Of a stretch of 64,000 bases of DNA, positions 11,442-23,898 are shown in pieces. Source of the stretch: Octopus sinensis (taxonomy: Eukaryota); assembly GCF_006345805.1 (NCBI RefSeq), contig NC_042998.1, positions 24,490,001 through 24,554,000 on the forward strand, given 5' to 3'. The notes under the pieces were generated by a model that saw only the letters and a list, made by a program, of their open reading frames with translations, did not search any database and was not told the origin of the DNA. The position numbers and the translations under genes are program-made. Position 1 is the first letter of the stretch. Every line of letters begins with the position of its first letter.

Positions 11442-11812
11442 AACAAGAGCACTCAGAGAGCGCAAACCTCTGCCAAGGTAACACAAACGTCCTCTCAACG
11501 ATTAGCCAGAGATGATTTTTAAACTGAGAATATCTGAAATAAACTCGACTGCTGTCACAAATGAGAATACTAACAATTAACCCGACTGCTCTCAAAATTT
11601 AAGTAAAAAAACCCAGAAAAATAATCCAGAATCCTTGTCTGGTACCGGATCGATCCCAAAATCTAATCAGTTCGTGCTAGTCACGAGGCCAAACAATCCT
11701 GAATGTTTCATCTGAGTCCTTCAAGCGGTTCTTGAGATATCTTGTCCAATGAAAAACAAACAGACAAACACGACTGAAACAATACCTCCGCCTTCGCTAA
11801 GGCAGAGGTAAT
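11442..11812 (+). mobile_element. Helentron-associated (HINE/DINE-1-like) non-autonomous element
   Basis: 5' subterminal ACCTCTGCCAAGG and 3' hairpin ACCTCCGCCTTCGCTAAGGCAGAGGT followed by ATT. Confidence 0.55.
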
Positions 11813-11942
11813 TAAGGAGAATTGAAATTAAATCATGTAAGAATTCAATTCACAGCTCTAGCACCACTCCTTCATTGTCAGCCTATGAAATTTTTAGCTC
11901 ATGCTCGTATACATAGACGTGTGTGTGTGTATGAATGAGTTA

Positions 11943-12029
<87 letters not shown>

Positions 12030-12257
12030 GTGTGTGTGTAAATTAGCTATTGATTGACTAGACAACAATTAATCAAAGAACTCAGTACAAATAATAAGGT
12101 AGAGTTTGATCGATTTTACAAATTAATGTTTTACTCCTTGCAAAGACGCTAATGATATGCAGGAAAAGGAAATTTAAAATTATGATGTTTAGATTTCAAA
12201 CAATGTTACAATTCTGCTGGGTGTTGAATTAAAACAGTAAACTTTGTCAAAAATATT

Positions 12258-12600
12258 CGAGGTCTGTCCAAAAAGAAAGCAAACAAATTTATCGCTCTGT
12301 TTACAATTTAATCAGAGTTGGCTTCTTCAAAATCGCTCACTCCACTGTTGATACGCCATTCTCAATGTCAGTTCCAGTTTTGGGATGCGTCCTGGAACGC
12401 ATTTCCAGAGACAGTGCTCAGTTCTCATAAGGAATTTTCTTCAAACAGTTCTCTCGACTGAAATTGGTGACTTTTCAGGGTGAGTTTTGGTTTGAGGGAC
12501 AAAAATGCTCACAGAAGCCAAATCTGAGGTAACTGTGCTCTGTGCCTCTCCGAAAAATCACAGATAAAGCGTGACACGTGAGCAGGTGCTTTATTATGGT
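12258..12600 (-). mobile_element. Mariner 3' end with one TIR
   Basis: CGAGGTCTGTCCAAAAAG TIR at 12258. The rc peptide ENSL*ELSTVSGNAFQDASQNW...INSGVSDFE resembles a mariner C-terminus. Confidence 0.7.
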
Positions 12601-13420
12601 GCACCATACATATTTCGCTTGTCTAAATCGAGGCCAATCGCATAGACTCAACAACACAGGACTATAGCAATGTTTCGAAACCGAGGTAACAGGTACGCGG
12701 TCATCCATCTCAATCAAACTACAGTAATTTCAATTGAATCGTCTATCAAGCAACCAATCAGCATTCGGCCATCACGTGATTCATTCTTCTAGAATCTTCT
12801 CCTTGTGCCCTATATTGAGGCCGTTTTTGGCGGTAATTACAGAATGCTGAGCGTTGTGTCTCCATTCTCGTTAAGGTGGATTGTAGGTTAAGGTGGATAG
12901 TGGACAAGATTATAATCGCCACAAATATAGCGCGATTGTTTCTAGTTATGATGCGGCAAACACAAACTACTATATCAGTAAGTTTGTAGACACCTAACAA
13001 TATGTCTCTCTAGGAGTGTAATTGCTGTTATTATTAGTAAATGACCAACACTGTTAAAACTCCATGGGCAATAATAAAATCAAAATCTTCAGTTAATTGT
13101 TCGCGGTTATTGTCAGTAACTTCTTCACGCAGGCAAAAGATATACATTTTCGTTCAGCAATTCAGCTGATCGTCATCTCAGACCAGCCAACGACGCTACG
13201 ACTCCCGACAGGAAGATCCAAGGGAAACTCTTTCTTGATCGTCAGAACATACTCATGATGAACGATGACCTGTCATTCAAAAGTGATGATAGAATGTGTG
13301 TGTGTGTGTGTGCATGTGTGTGTTTTTTATGATTTCAACCCATCATGAAAACTACCATTTTGCTTCGATGTTCTAACAGAACACTCACGTTTCCTCACCT
13401 ATTCTTTTTTTTCTTTTTTC

Positions 13421-13661
13421 TTTTATTTGTTTCATTCGTTTGATTGCGGCCATGCTGGAGCACCGCCTTTAGTCGAGCAAATCGAGACCTCCCAGGACTT
13501 ATTCTTTGTAAGCCTAGTACTTATTCTATCGGTCTGTCTTGCCGAACCGCTAAGTTACGAGGTTGTAAGCACACCAGCATCGGTTGTCAAGCGATGTTGG
13601 GGGGGGGGACAAACACACACGCACACACACACGCACACACACACGCACACACACACGCGCA

Positions 13662-13715
<54 letters not shown>

Positions 13716-13734
13716 CGACGGGCTTCTTATAGTT
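13421..13734 (-). mobile_element. SINE family B, 3' half with expanded (CA)n
   Basis: Shared GCCATGCTGGAGCACCGCC...GGACAAACAC body. Confidence 0.88.
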
Positions 13735-14508
13735 ATCCGCTATAAAGAGCCAAATAGATTTACTGTAGATTAAATAAAATTCAGCTTCTATTTTATTAAC
13801 GAGTCAATAGAAATAGATGCTCATGACAATTTACGTCCATTTATTACAAATTTATTGTTTGAACCAACTTTGTAAGAGAAAATAAAAAATAAAAAAAAGA
13901 TTTAGAAGACTTCAATCCGTTGACTTAGTTTACAACAGAACTGTATTCTCCCACGTTTTTTCTAGAAAAAATTTATTTTGATTTTACTTAGAAATCAATA
14001 ATTTTCTTATGAAACAGCCGTGTCATTACGAAGAATAAAGATTTACTCTGCCCGTCGGACTGTACACTACTTGCTTATATAACTCATATTGAGTTCTTTG
14101 CTTAAGTCTTGTCTACTCAATCATTAAATTGTAAATGTATTAAAGTAACTTCGTTACAATACTTTTTTCTGACAGTGTTACATCATGTAAAACAGTATAT
14201 TGGCATTTCAGACTAAAAATACTGTTGTCTAACACAGGAAATTATGCTTCAGGTCGCACTTAAAAGAAAATAGTTCACTAACTCAGAGACTTCGACAGCG
14301 CGCATATTATTTCGATAAATATTTACAAGTCCTAACTAAATCTGACGAATTTGGATTTAAATTTGTTAAATGTCCACTGGATATCCCCTAGATTACTCCT
14401 TTCGGAATTGAACTGTTTAATGTAATCTAGAGTTGAAAATAAATTAAGAATTACAGTCAATCCTTTAGAGTATGACCTTCAAGAAGAATACGGAATATTA
14501 AAGATGTA

Positions 14509-14684
14509 TAGGCGAAGGAGTGGCTGTGTGGTAAGTAGTTTGCTTACCAAATCCACTCACAAGGCTTTGGTCAGCTCGAGGCTATAGTAGAAAAAACTTG
14601 CCGAAGGTGCCACGCAGTGGGACTGAACCCGGAACCACGTGGTTAGTAAGCAAGCTACTTACCACACAGCCACTCCTACGCCTA
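14509..14684. mobile_element. Two SINE B heads fused in inverted orientation
   Basis: Plus-strand head TAGGCGAAGGAGTGGCTGTGTGG joined at TACCAA to a minus-strand head ending CCACTCCTACGCCTA. Confidence 0.85.
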
Positions 14685-15139
14685 ATGTTCACATAATGTT
14701 CACAAAAGAATGTAGGTAGGTGAAAATATTGTTGTTCAGCATCTTTGTCTCTAGGGACCATTTGTCCTCGTCTTGTTTGTGTTCTAGAGATAGATCGTTA
14801 ATTAGAATCTTTTTGAAGGTATCATAGTTCATACTTGCATAATTTGTCGATAATTGTAGTCGAAGAATGAGGTGGAAAAGCTATTGTTGTCGTTGCTAGT
14901 AGAGAGTTCCTTTTCTGCGTCTGGGTTATTTATGTTAGAAGAAGAGGAAGGCGAATGACATGTTTAGTCAATGAAGAAATTCATTGGTTTTAAATGTTTA
15001 TGGTTTAAAAGATTTTGTATTTTCAGGAAGTGACTAAATCAGAGATGAGGTTCAGTAGTTGTGTCTTCAAGAAGAAAATTGGGGAGGATTCAGCGTTTCA
15101 ATATTGGCAAAGTTTTATTTAAACCTATATACTAGTTTC

Positions 15140-15322
15140 CTTACGAACCACATGGTTCCGGGTTCAGTCCCGTTGCATGGCACCTTTGGCAAGTGTCTTC
15201 TGCTATAGCCTCAGGCCGACCAAAGCCTTGTGAGTGGATTTGGCTGGCGGAAACTGAAAGAAGCCCGCCGTGTGTATGTATGTATGTATGTATGTATGTA
15301 TGTATGTATGTATGTATGTATG

Positions 15323-15354
<32 letters not shown>

Positions 15355-15610
15355 AATCTATCTATCTATCTATCTATCTATGTGCGTGTGTATATGTTTG
15401 TGTGTCTGTGTTTGTCCCCCCAACATCGCTTGACAACCGATGCTGGTGTGTTTACGTCCCCGTAACTTAGCGGTTCGGCCAAAAAGACCAATAGAATAAG
15501 TACTAGGCTTACAAAGAATAAGTCGTGGGGTCGATTTGCTCGACTAAAAGGTGATGCTCCAGCATGGCCACAGTCAGATGACTGAAACAAGTAAAAGAGT
15601 AAAAGAGAGA
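15140..15610 (+). mobile_element. SINE family B, 5'-truncated
   Basis: Body and AGTAAAAG tail, with internal (TATG)n/(ATCT)n. Confidence 0.9.
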
Positions 15611-15829
15611 TACTACAAACATATATGTTCCTCCTACCCTTTTCTATTCCCCCTCTTCTTACAAAAGCACATTCCCCTCCCACCTTCATTATACCTAACT
15701 CTCATCCACATTATCCCATCTACCATAGGAGCAATTCGCCAAAATGTATATGAAGACAGAAAAACCCAAAGTGAACCACAAGTCTAATAATGGCGAGTAA
15801 TCCGAAACGTCGAAGTCATTGTCTACCGT

Positions 15830-16070
15830 TACCATATATCAATACATACATACACACACGTACATACATACAAACGTGTCTGTGAATGAATGTAGGTGCT
15901 ACATACATACATACATACATACATACTACATACATACATACATACATACATACATACATACACACATGCATACATACATACAGCCACACACACATACATA
16001 CACATACATACATGCATACATGCAAACATACATACATACATACAAACATACATACATAATACATACATAC

Positions 16071-16101
<31 letters not shown>

Positions 16102-16375
16102 CATACATACATACATACATACATACATACATACATGCATGCATGCATGCATGCATGCATACAGATATACATAAGTGCGTGCGTGCGTGCATACGTTCGT
16201 GCGTGTGTGTGTGTATGAATTTAGGTGATACATACATACATACACACATACACACATACACACATACATACATACATACATACATACAGATATACATAAG
16301 TGCGTGCGTGTGTGCGTGCATGCGTGCGTGCATACGTTCGTGCGTGTGTGTTTGTGTGTGTGTGTATGAATTTAG
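15830..16375. repeat. Compound (CATA)n/(CATG)/(GCGT) microsatellite with an internal duplication
   Basis: Block TACAGATATACATAAGTGCGTGCG...GAATTTAGG occurs twice (about 16160 and 16286). Confidence 0.9.
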
Positions 16376-16789
16376 GGTGCTACTACAGCTGCATTCTACC
16401 TCAGAATAGTCAAAGGAAGTATCATAGTTGAACGTAAAATTAATATAAAGTAAAAACAAGCGAGAAAGAAAACGAAACGGAAATGCAGTTTAGTGTATCT
16501 CAATATTCGTTGTTTGGACAGAAAAGAGACATAATGAAATTTATAATTCCGTCGCTTTTGTTTCGACATTTTTTTCTATATTTTACACCGATTTTATCGT
16601 CATTTTCATTCTAATACAGTATATTATGTTGTATAAGTGTTTTCAGAATGAACACGATCAAATTTTAATTCAGACATCAACACACACACACACACACACT
16701 GTCATTTACCTCAAACTCACGCACATACATGTTAGTACTTATGCAAGTATGTATGTAAGTACGTATAAAAAAATGTAGCAAAAACGCAA

Positions 16790-17100
16790 TAGAAGACAAT
16801 AAAACATTCGGACAGATAGACGATACAAAGGTGGACAGGCGAAGCAACAATTAGAAGGACAGGCAAAAAAAGGCAGGCTATTCGTGGCCTTCTTTCTTCA
16901 GTCAAGTTACCAGCAGTCCTTACTGTTTCGGGCAGTTACACTTGAGACAGTTCGATCTGGTTACTCCCCAAAAAGTCTAAGCTAAGAACATTATAATTCT
17001 TTGTAAGAAATCTAGCAAACGTATGCAGCAACAAAGACAAAACACGGAGAACATGGTACACAGTTACAAATACAAACAACAATAATATAACAACAGGTGT
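16790..17100 (-). mobile_element. Interspersed repeat, probably a PLE 3' terminus (related copies at 21830-22020, 42065-42370, 54495-54605)
   Basis: Shared CAGATGATACAA...ATTCG...TC(T/C)TCAGTC(A/G)AG blocks. On the element strand they read CTGA(A/G)GA-N11-GAAT. Confidence 0.5.
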
Positions 17101-18552
17101 ATTTCGACTGAGAACGAATCAAATTGAGCTGGCGTGTATGAAGTGAAAGCCTAAAGGCAGGGACATAGGAGATGTACATAAGAAGTGTTGGCAGTCGGCA
17201 ATCAGGCCAAGAAAGATCATAGCTGGCTGGACATCGGTCACGTGAAAGGAGGAGAGAGGGGTAGGGGCATACATGTATGTGTGCACGCATGTACATATGT
17301 ATGCAAATTCCTCACAACAACAGCTTCTTGCAGGAAAGAACGCAAAGGGATTTTGAAATCTTTTGCACTAATGGTGCACGAGGTGTTTGTTTTAACAGTT
17401 TGACATATTTACTTTGCAAAACGTTTCACAGTTGCAACAAATTCGTTCGATCTTTCGGACACTTTAATATCGTGTGTGCATATATAATATTATCTTTATT
17501 GCTGTCATATTATTATGAAATGTTCCAGCTGATAAATGTGGAATCACCACGTACGAACACGCACGTAGATTAGATAGAGAAAGACTGTGAGGAAAATCCA
17601 CTTTAAGTCAAAAAGAAATAGAAGTTATACGAAAAACAGCTCGAGGGCATTGGTTAAATGAAGAATTAGCAGGAAATTATGAGAAATGCTCAATCCAGAG
17701 ATAAAGTAAATCAAATGGAAAATGATGAATGGGGAAATACTAGAAGAAATGCCATGTGGCCCAGGATGCGAAGGGAACGAAATCTAGAGGACAAGAATTA
17801 ATGCAACAATAATAGTAGAGAGCTTAACGATAAAGGAGTGAAAACTGGTCAAAATCGAAAACATGTTGTCGAAAGAGTATCCAGTTCAACATGCAAATAA
17901 ACAAAACATTTAACTACTTTACTGTGGAGATATGAATATCCTATGTCAGCTTCACATGGCCAAACGTTTCATATTTGAACAACCTAGTGACGGATACTTC
18001 AATAACAATGCCATAAGGGAAAACTGCTTCCTTCCTTTTGAATGATGCGAAGCTGAATGTCAGATTCCAATAATCCTTTTATAATGATTTCAAACAAAAT
18101 ATGAGGTTGTATAACTCTTATATTGTCCTTTACATCGATGAGAGCGCACATAGTACATTCACCTGCAAGAGACCCATATTGCTTCTAGCTGATGGTTCTG
18201 TTATCAAAGGTAGTTTGCTCAATTATATGTTGTTGATTCCGTGAAAAGCTTATAATGCACGAGCAGCAAATAATTCAGTTGAAAGATGTACACCTGAAAC
18301 AATGGCAGCAATATGCAGCGTCCTTTCAAGCTATTAAAGAGATGAGAAGAGAAGAAAACAGGATACACACTCTCAGAAGTAATACATGTTACATGTAGGA
18401 AATTTTATTTTCAATTGCGACTGTAATGCTGACGGAAGAAAATATAGTTTACCGATAGTAAATGGAAATTCTATGGTTTTTATATTTCGTTTTTGGATTT
18501 GGTTTGCAAGATTCTTTATATGAGTTCGTGTGTTGAAGCATATTCTGTTGTG

Positions 18553-19134
18553 TCTGGTGCTTGGAAAAAAAAAAGATAAAGAAAACAAAGTTTATAGGAT
18601 GTAGACCAAATTTGAATTTAAAAACTGTTTAGCTAATTAATGAAGAATCATTAAGTTTTGTATAAACTCGAAAATCTATTTGAAAGGAGGCGCCATATTT
18701 GAAATTTTAAAAACCATACATAGTCTGTTGTGTCTGGGGAGAGTCATTTTCTTTTTGTGCCTTATAATTTAACACACTCACTGGTAAAATTTTCGTTGCG
18801 TCTTGCCACCTTTTCATTAGTCTAAGACTATTAAAAAGGTTGCAAGACGCAACGAAAATTTTAGGAAAATAAAAATACGAAATTAGTGGAAATTTTACCG
18901 GTGAGTGTGTTAAATTATAAGGCACAAAAAGAAAATGACTCTCCCCAGACACAACAGACTATGGTTTTTAAATTTTCAGATATGGCGCCTCCTTTCAAAT
19001 AGATTTTCGAGTCTATACAAAACTTAATGATTCTTTATTAATTAGCTAAACAGTTTTTAATTCAAATTTGGTCTACATCCAATAAACTTTGTTTTCTTTT
19101 TCTTTCTTTTCCTTTTTCTTTTTCGAAGCACCAG
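18553..19134. repeat. About 580-bp palindrome built on a PLE-like terminal repeat family (P1)
   Basis: Arms pair from TCTGGTGCTT to AAGCACCAGA, centre TAGTC-TAA-GACTA (18823-18825). Other family copies at 18478-18556, 30125-30320, 40139-40498, 41111-41471 and 53720-54020. Confidence 0.9.
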
Positions 19135-19693
19135 AATGGCAACTACAAATGTCAAAAAACATTCGCAAGAGAGCAAATACTTACTTGCAACAAAGTTAGA
19201 GAAGATTTTACTAATCAGAGATAACATTTTAATCCAATTTGTGAAAGGGGGTGGAATGTCTAGCAACGGGTAGTAGAACTACTTACAAGTTAGAGCGAAA
19301 AATCTAGAGTTTATAAAAAAACCCAACAGCAGAGACTGAAGGTGGAATTTATATGGTTGATTAGTTGTTTTTTCTTTGAATAATGTAGTATAAAATACTG
19401 GAGTTCAGGTTGGATGCACAGCTATAATTCCTTTTGGTGAGCTTGAAGCATGCTTACTCTACCATATGTATACACTATGTAAGTAAAATTACGTGATTTG
19501 TTGATAGTGAAACATGTGTTTATGAATAATCTATATTTTTGTTACTTTTCATTTGTCTTGCTCGCTTACGGTTCTGGTGTTTGCTAAATTTTCTAGAGAA
19601 CAATTCTTAGTGGTTAAGACCATAGAAGATCTTCTTCTAGCATAAGGGTTTCCACATAGTGGTAAAATTCCCTCTTATATATATCTATATATA

Positions 19694-19732
<39 letters not shown>

Positions 19733-19803
19733 CATATATACATACATACACACATATAATATATATATATACATACTTATATATACATATATATACGTAA
19801 ATG

Positions 19804-19837
<34 letters not shown>

Positions 19838-19980
19838 GTGTGTGTGTGCGTGCGCGCGTGTGTGTGTGTATTTATAAAACAAAGTTAACAATGGAAACTG
19901 GTGTATTAATTAGTTATTCATTTATTCTTATATCTATAAAATCCATAAAATATAGACATTAATAATCAAATAAATAAAAC

Positions 19981-20083
19981 ATCCGACACAGGTTTCAGCT
20001 GATTTACCAAGAGCTAATTATATAATTAGATAATTAAATAGTTAATCAATACAATCTATTTAGTAAAACAGCTTCACCAGGGA
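19981..20083 (-). ncRNA. Decayed type I hammerhead motif
   Basis: rc reads TCC-CTGGTGA-AGCTGTTTTAC...GTAAATCAGCT-GAAA-C-ctgt-GTC-GGA. A6 reads G and stem I is only 3 bp. Confidence 0.55.
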
Positions 20084-20264
20084 GACTTCTGAGACATCTG
20101 AGACATCTGAGACTTATTTTATATCTACCTGGAATTATCTCTCAACCTTGATTGTTATATATGTATCTATGTATATGTCCGTGTGTGTCTGTGTGTGTAT
20201 ACGCACGCAAACACACACATACATACATACATACATACATACATACATACATACATACATACAT

Positions 20265-20316
<52 letters not shown>

Positions 20317-20440
20317 TATATATAATAAGCAATAAAGATTCAAGTTAATTTAAATGAATTTACTTGAATATGGTACCTAACTTAGATGCACCAAAAAAAC
20401 TATACTGTTTTAACAATACAGTAATGTGGGGTGATTATAA

Positions 20441-21014
20441 GCGAGAAAGAAGCAACAAGAATGGATAGGTTTTTAGTACAATCGTTTATACAAGGACAGG
20501 CTTTATTAAAAGTTGTAAAAATTACAGCATATAACGTGTCCCGTACTCATCAGCTAAAATACATGTGAGTTCTCTAGACATCCTAGTGGTTGAGGCTATA
20601 CTCATGAAGTAATGTAGATAATTAAGTAACATAAACAGATTTCCAAAGTTCATTAAAGTTCTTTAAAGATGATGTACAGTCTTATCACAGAATTTTAAAA
20701 AAGTTCTAAAAGTTCTAAAAGTTCTAAAAGTTCTCTGTGATGCTATTAGAACTTTTTTAAAATTCTGTGATAAGACTGTACATCATCTTTAAAGAACTTT
20801 AATGAACTTTGGAAATCTGTTTATGTTACTTAATTATCTACATTACTTCATGAGTATAGCCTCAACCACTAGGATGTCTAGAGAACTCACATGTATTTTA
20901 GCTGATGAGTACGGGACACGTTTATATGCTGTAATTTTTACAACTTTTAATAAAGCCTGTCCTTGTATGAAACGATGTACTAAAAACCTATCCATTCTTG
21001 TTGCTTCTTCTCGC
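20441..21014. repeat. About 570-bp palindrome with a hammerhead in each arm
   Basis: Arms 20441-20709 and 20746-21014 are nearly identical. A short (AAAGTTCT)n run spans the end of the left arm and the spacer. Confidence 0.92.
20896..20985 (+). ncRNA. Type I hammerhead ribozyme with canonical core
   Basis: Stem I TTTTAG/CTAAAA, CTGATGA (20902-20908), about 10-bp stem II GTACGGGACA/TGTCCTTGTAT, GAAA (20969-20972), C-gat-GTA. The mirror copy at 20471-20559 (-) lacks G12. Confidence 0.8.
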
Positions 21015-21033
21015 GTATATATATATATATATA

Positions 21034-21254
21034 CTTTATTTAAAGCAGCAGAAAATTCAACAAAATCTGTTAAGCTGAGTTTCCCGTTGCCGTTCATCGG
21101 ACAGTTTTTGCTAGAATGGAACCGATAAGTCAATTCTATCCAGTCTGGATAGAATTGACATATCGGTTCCATTCTAGCAAAAACTGTCCGATGAACGGCA
21201 ACGGGAAACTCAGAGTAACAGGTTTTGTTGAATTTTCTGCTGCTTTAAATAAAG
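21034..21254. repeat. 221-bp palindrome with CCGATGA hammerhead-like motifs in both arms
   Basis: Centre at 21144. The plus arm 21184-21221 reads CTGT-CCGATGA-acg-GCAA-cgg-GAAA-CT-cag-AG-TA-ACAG. A related fragment lies at about 45175-45275. Confidence 0.85.
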
Positions 21255-21348
21255 CATATTACTCTACCACTGGTATTTGAGTACTCTTTTTTTCCACCTT
21301 GTTTCACATTTATGTGTTTACTCCGGTATATATATATATATATATATA

Positions 21349-21574
21349 TAGTAATTCCTTGCCATATCGCGGTTCACCTATCACGACTCACATATCGTAG
21401 CTTATTATTTAAGCTTACGTTGAATCCTCCGTGGGGTTGTTTTGCTTCCATAATAAAATAAATATATACAAATTATAAAAATAATTTTAAAAATATACAG
21501 TGCACTACTTCGTGGATTTTCACCTACTATGGGGGCTTTGAAACGTAACACTCTCGATAGTCGAGGGATTACTG
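21349..21574. mobile_element. Tigger/pogo-type MITE
   Basis: TAGTAATTCCTTGCCATATCGCGG versus CGATAGTCGAGGGATTACTG, inserted in TA. Confidence 0.7.
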
Positions 21575-21636
21575 TGTGTATGTATGTATGTATATATACA
21601 CACACACATACGTACATCCATATATATCTATATCTA

Positions 21637-21828
<192 letters not shown>

Positions 21829-22093
21829 ACAAAAATGGACAAGAACGTAAAACATCCAGACTATTAGGTGAAACAAGAAAGGGACAACAAAATATCCAGA
21901 CAGATGATACAAGGAAAACAAGGACGGATCATTCGGAGTTTTCTATCCTCAGTCGAGCATCAGATTATCTTTGCAATCAATTTCAGCTGGTTATACTCGA
22001 GATTGCTCCAATTTATATAGATAAGGATTTAAAGAAGGAAAATGTACACACTTTACATAGTTTTAATATAATTTTTAATATATCTTATATTGT

Positions 22094-23270
22094 TTGTCGA
22101 CCGGTTTCACTTTCATCAATCATGACATTAAAATGAAAATAGAGATTGAGTTACTTAAACTCAGGGCATCGAATAACGAACAAAAATATGAAACAACCGC
22201 TGAAGAAATGCTTACTAGACTCACTAAATATGCTGATGAACAACTTTTGGAAAGTGTTATAAAACTATGGAAAGACAGCTGTGAGTCGGAAGAAATATAT
22301 TCCCTGCAACGATGGGAAAGCAGTTTTAATTTCTTCCTTAGTTACGAAACTCAATTTAAAAGAGACTACACTTCATATAACCCCTTCCTGAAAAAATCTA
22401 GAACACGTACATCTACAGACATAAATACATGTCCACTGAGATCTAACTATAAACATCCAAAAGAGCACAAACACACAAAACTGACTTCTCACCTGGAAAT
22501 AACCCATTCTCAATCTAGTAATAGGGACAACTCACTAATAAGACATTCTAGAAGAAACCAACCTAGGGTTAGGAGTAAATTTTACTCCCCAGCAACTAGA
22601 AACGTCCAAGAAACTTCCTCTACCTCTCAACAAAGAAACTCAACCTATTTACCCAGACAGCACAACCAACTCCTCAACATCCTAAACATAATTAAGCACC
22701 TCAACAATTTATTCCAACGAAGAAACCTGAACCACGTAAGTAAAACCAGTTAACCTAGACAGCAATACCAACCTCCCAGCAATCCCAATATAATAATAAC
22801 AATAACAATACTGATATAATTAATGATATAAATAATACTAACTTCTACCAACCAAATTACAGTAAATTTTTTTAGACCGAGTGGAGAGAAACAGGGACAC
22901 ATGTTGGAACAAAACTCCTCGGAGAAACCCAAAGTAACAAATTTATCAAAGAAAAATCTCTCTGCAACAAAGATCAATATACTAGCTAAAGGATTAAAGT
23001 TCATTCCAACCCCACGAAGAGTTAACCATAATGAATTTAAAAACAATATTTCAGAATTCTGCAGAAAACTATGACTCACAGAAGCACTAACTGACTACAA
23101 CAACGAGGATGAATCACTGGTTAAAGACAGAAGCAATAATCTTCCACCTAAATGTAGGAATAAAACACTAGATGACTTCTGTGACCATATCCAGAATTTC
23201 CCAAATACTTTCCATAAGCGAAAGATTAATTCAAACTTCAACAATTTAGAATGGAAATATCTAATTTAAC
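22094..23270 (+). pseudogene. Penelope-like element ORF, N-terminal part (RT and endonuclease absent)
   Basis: A 219-aa ORF is followed by VTNLSKKNLSATKINILAKGLKFIPTP...RNKTLDDFC, the usual PLE pre-RT motif. It is bracketed by an about 85-bp inverted repeat (22028-22114 / 23386-23471). Confidence 0.75.
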
Positions 23271-23333
23271 TGCATTTAAATTTTTCTACTTGTTGAATGA
23301 TTCATTCATAAACTCCTCAGACATGGACAAAAA

Positions 23334-23408
23334 GTTTTTTCTTAAGAAGATACACATTTAAATAAATTTTAAAGTCAGGATTAGAGAAAGTGAAACCGGT
23401 CAACAAAC
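23334..23408 (+). ncRNA. Decayed hammerhead at the PLE terminus
   Basis: GTTTTTT-CTTAAGA-...-GAAA-CCGGT-C-AACAAAC. Stem I pairs 6/7, ACCGGT is palindromic and G5 reads T. Confidence 0.5.
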
Positions 23409-23552
23409 ACAATATATGATGTATTAAAAATTATATTAAAACTATGTAAAGTGTGCATTTTCCTTCTTTAATTTCATATACATATTACAACTCACCACAT
23501 GGGGATAATCGAAATTCCTCCCTTTCTGTTACTATACATATGTACATACATA

Positions 23553-23603
<51 letters not shown>

Positions 23604-23640
23604 ACACACATGTGCATATACACTAACTGAAGATGAATGA

Positions 23641-23898
23641 ACAATCACATTTCAATGAATGCTACAAATGTTCCAAACTTATAGTAATCTATTTGCAATT
23701 GGTATATTGTGAAAGTCAGAATTATCCACCATTTCATCAGGTATCCTGAACCATCAATAAAAAATAGCAACTTTTTTTCTATCAGTGGTTCAGAGGTGGC
23801 TAATAATTTTGGTCTGCTACTTTTCTAAGACACCAATTGCAAATAAATCACCATGCTATAGAAACATTTGTAGCATGCATTGAACTGTCATTGTCTAT
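23641..23898. mobile_element. Old imperfect foldback element or MITE
   Basis: TTCAATGAATGCTACAAATGTT versus AACATTTGTAGCATGCATTGAA, with inner ATTTGCAATTGGT/ACCAATTGCAAAT. Confidence 0.65.

Noticed and set aside
13250-13290. ATGATGA box-C-like motif suggesting a C/D snoRNA
   Set aside because: No downstream box D or terminal stem.
15816-16459. Long ORFs of 150-196 aa
   Set aside because: Pure (CATA)n read-through giving YIHT/MYVC repeats. The same applies to ORFs at 8.8, 9.7, 19.7, 21.5, 54.2, 57.8 and 63 kb.
22222-22265. CTGATGA...GAAA inside the PLE ORF
   Set aside because: Stem I does not pair, and the sequence is explained by the codons ADEQLLES.
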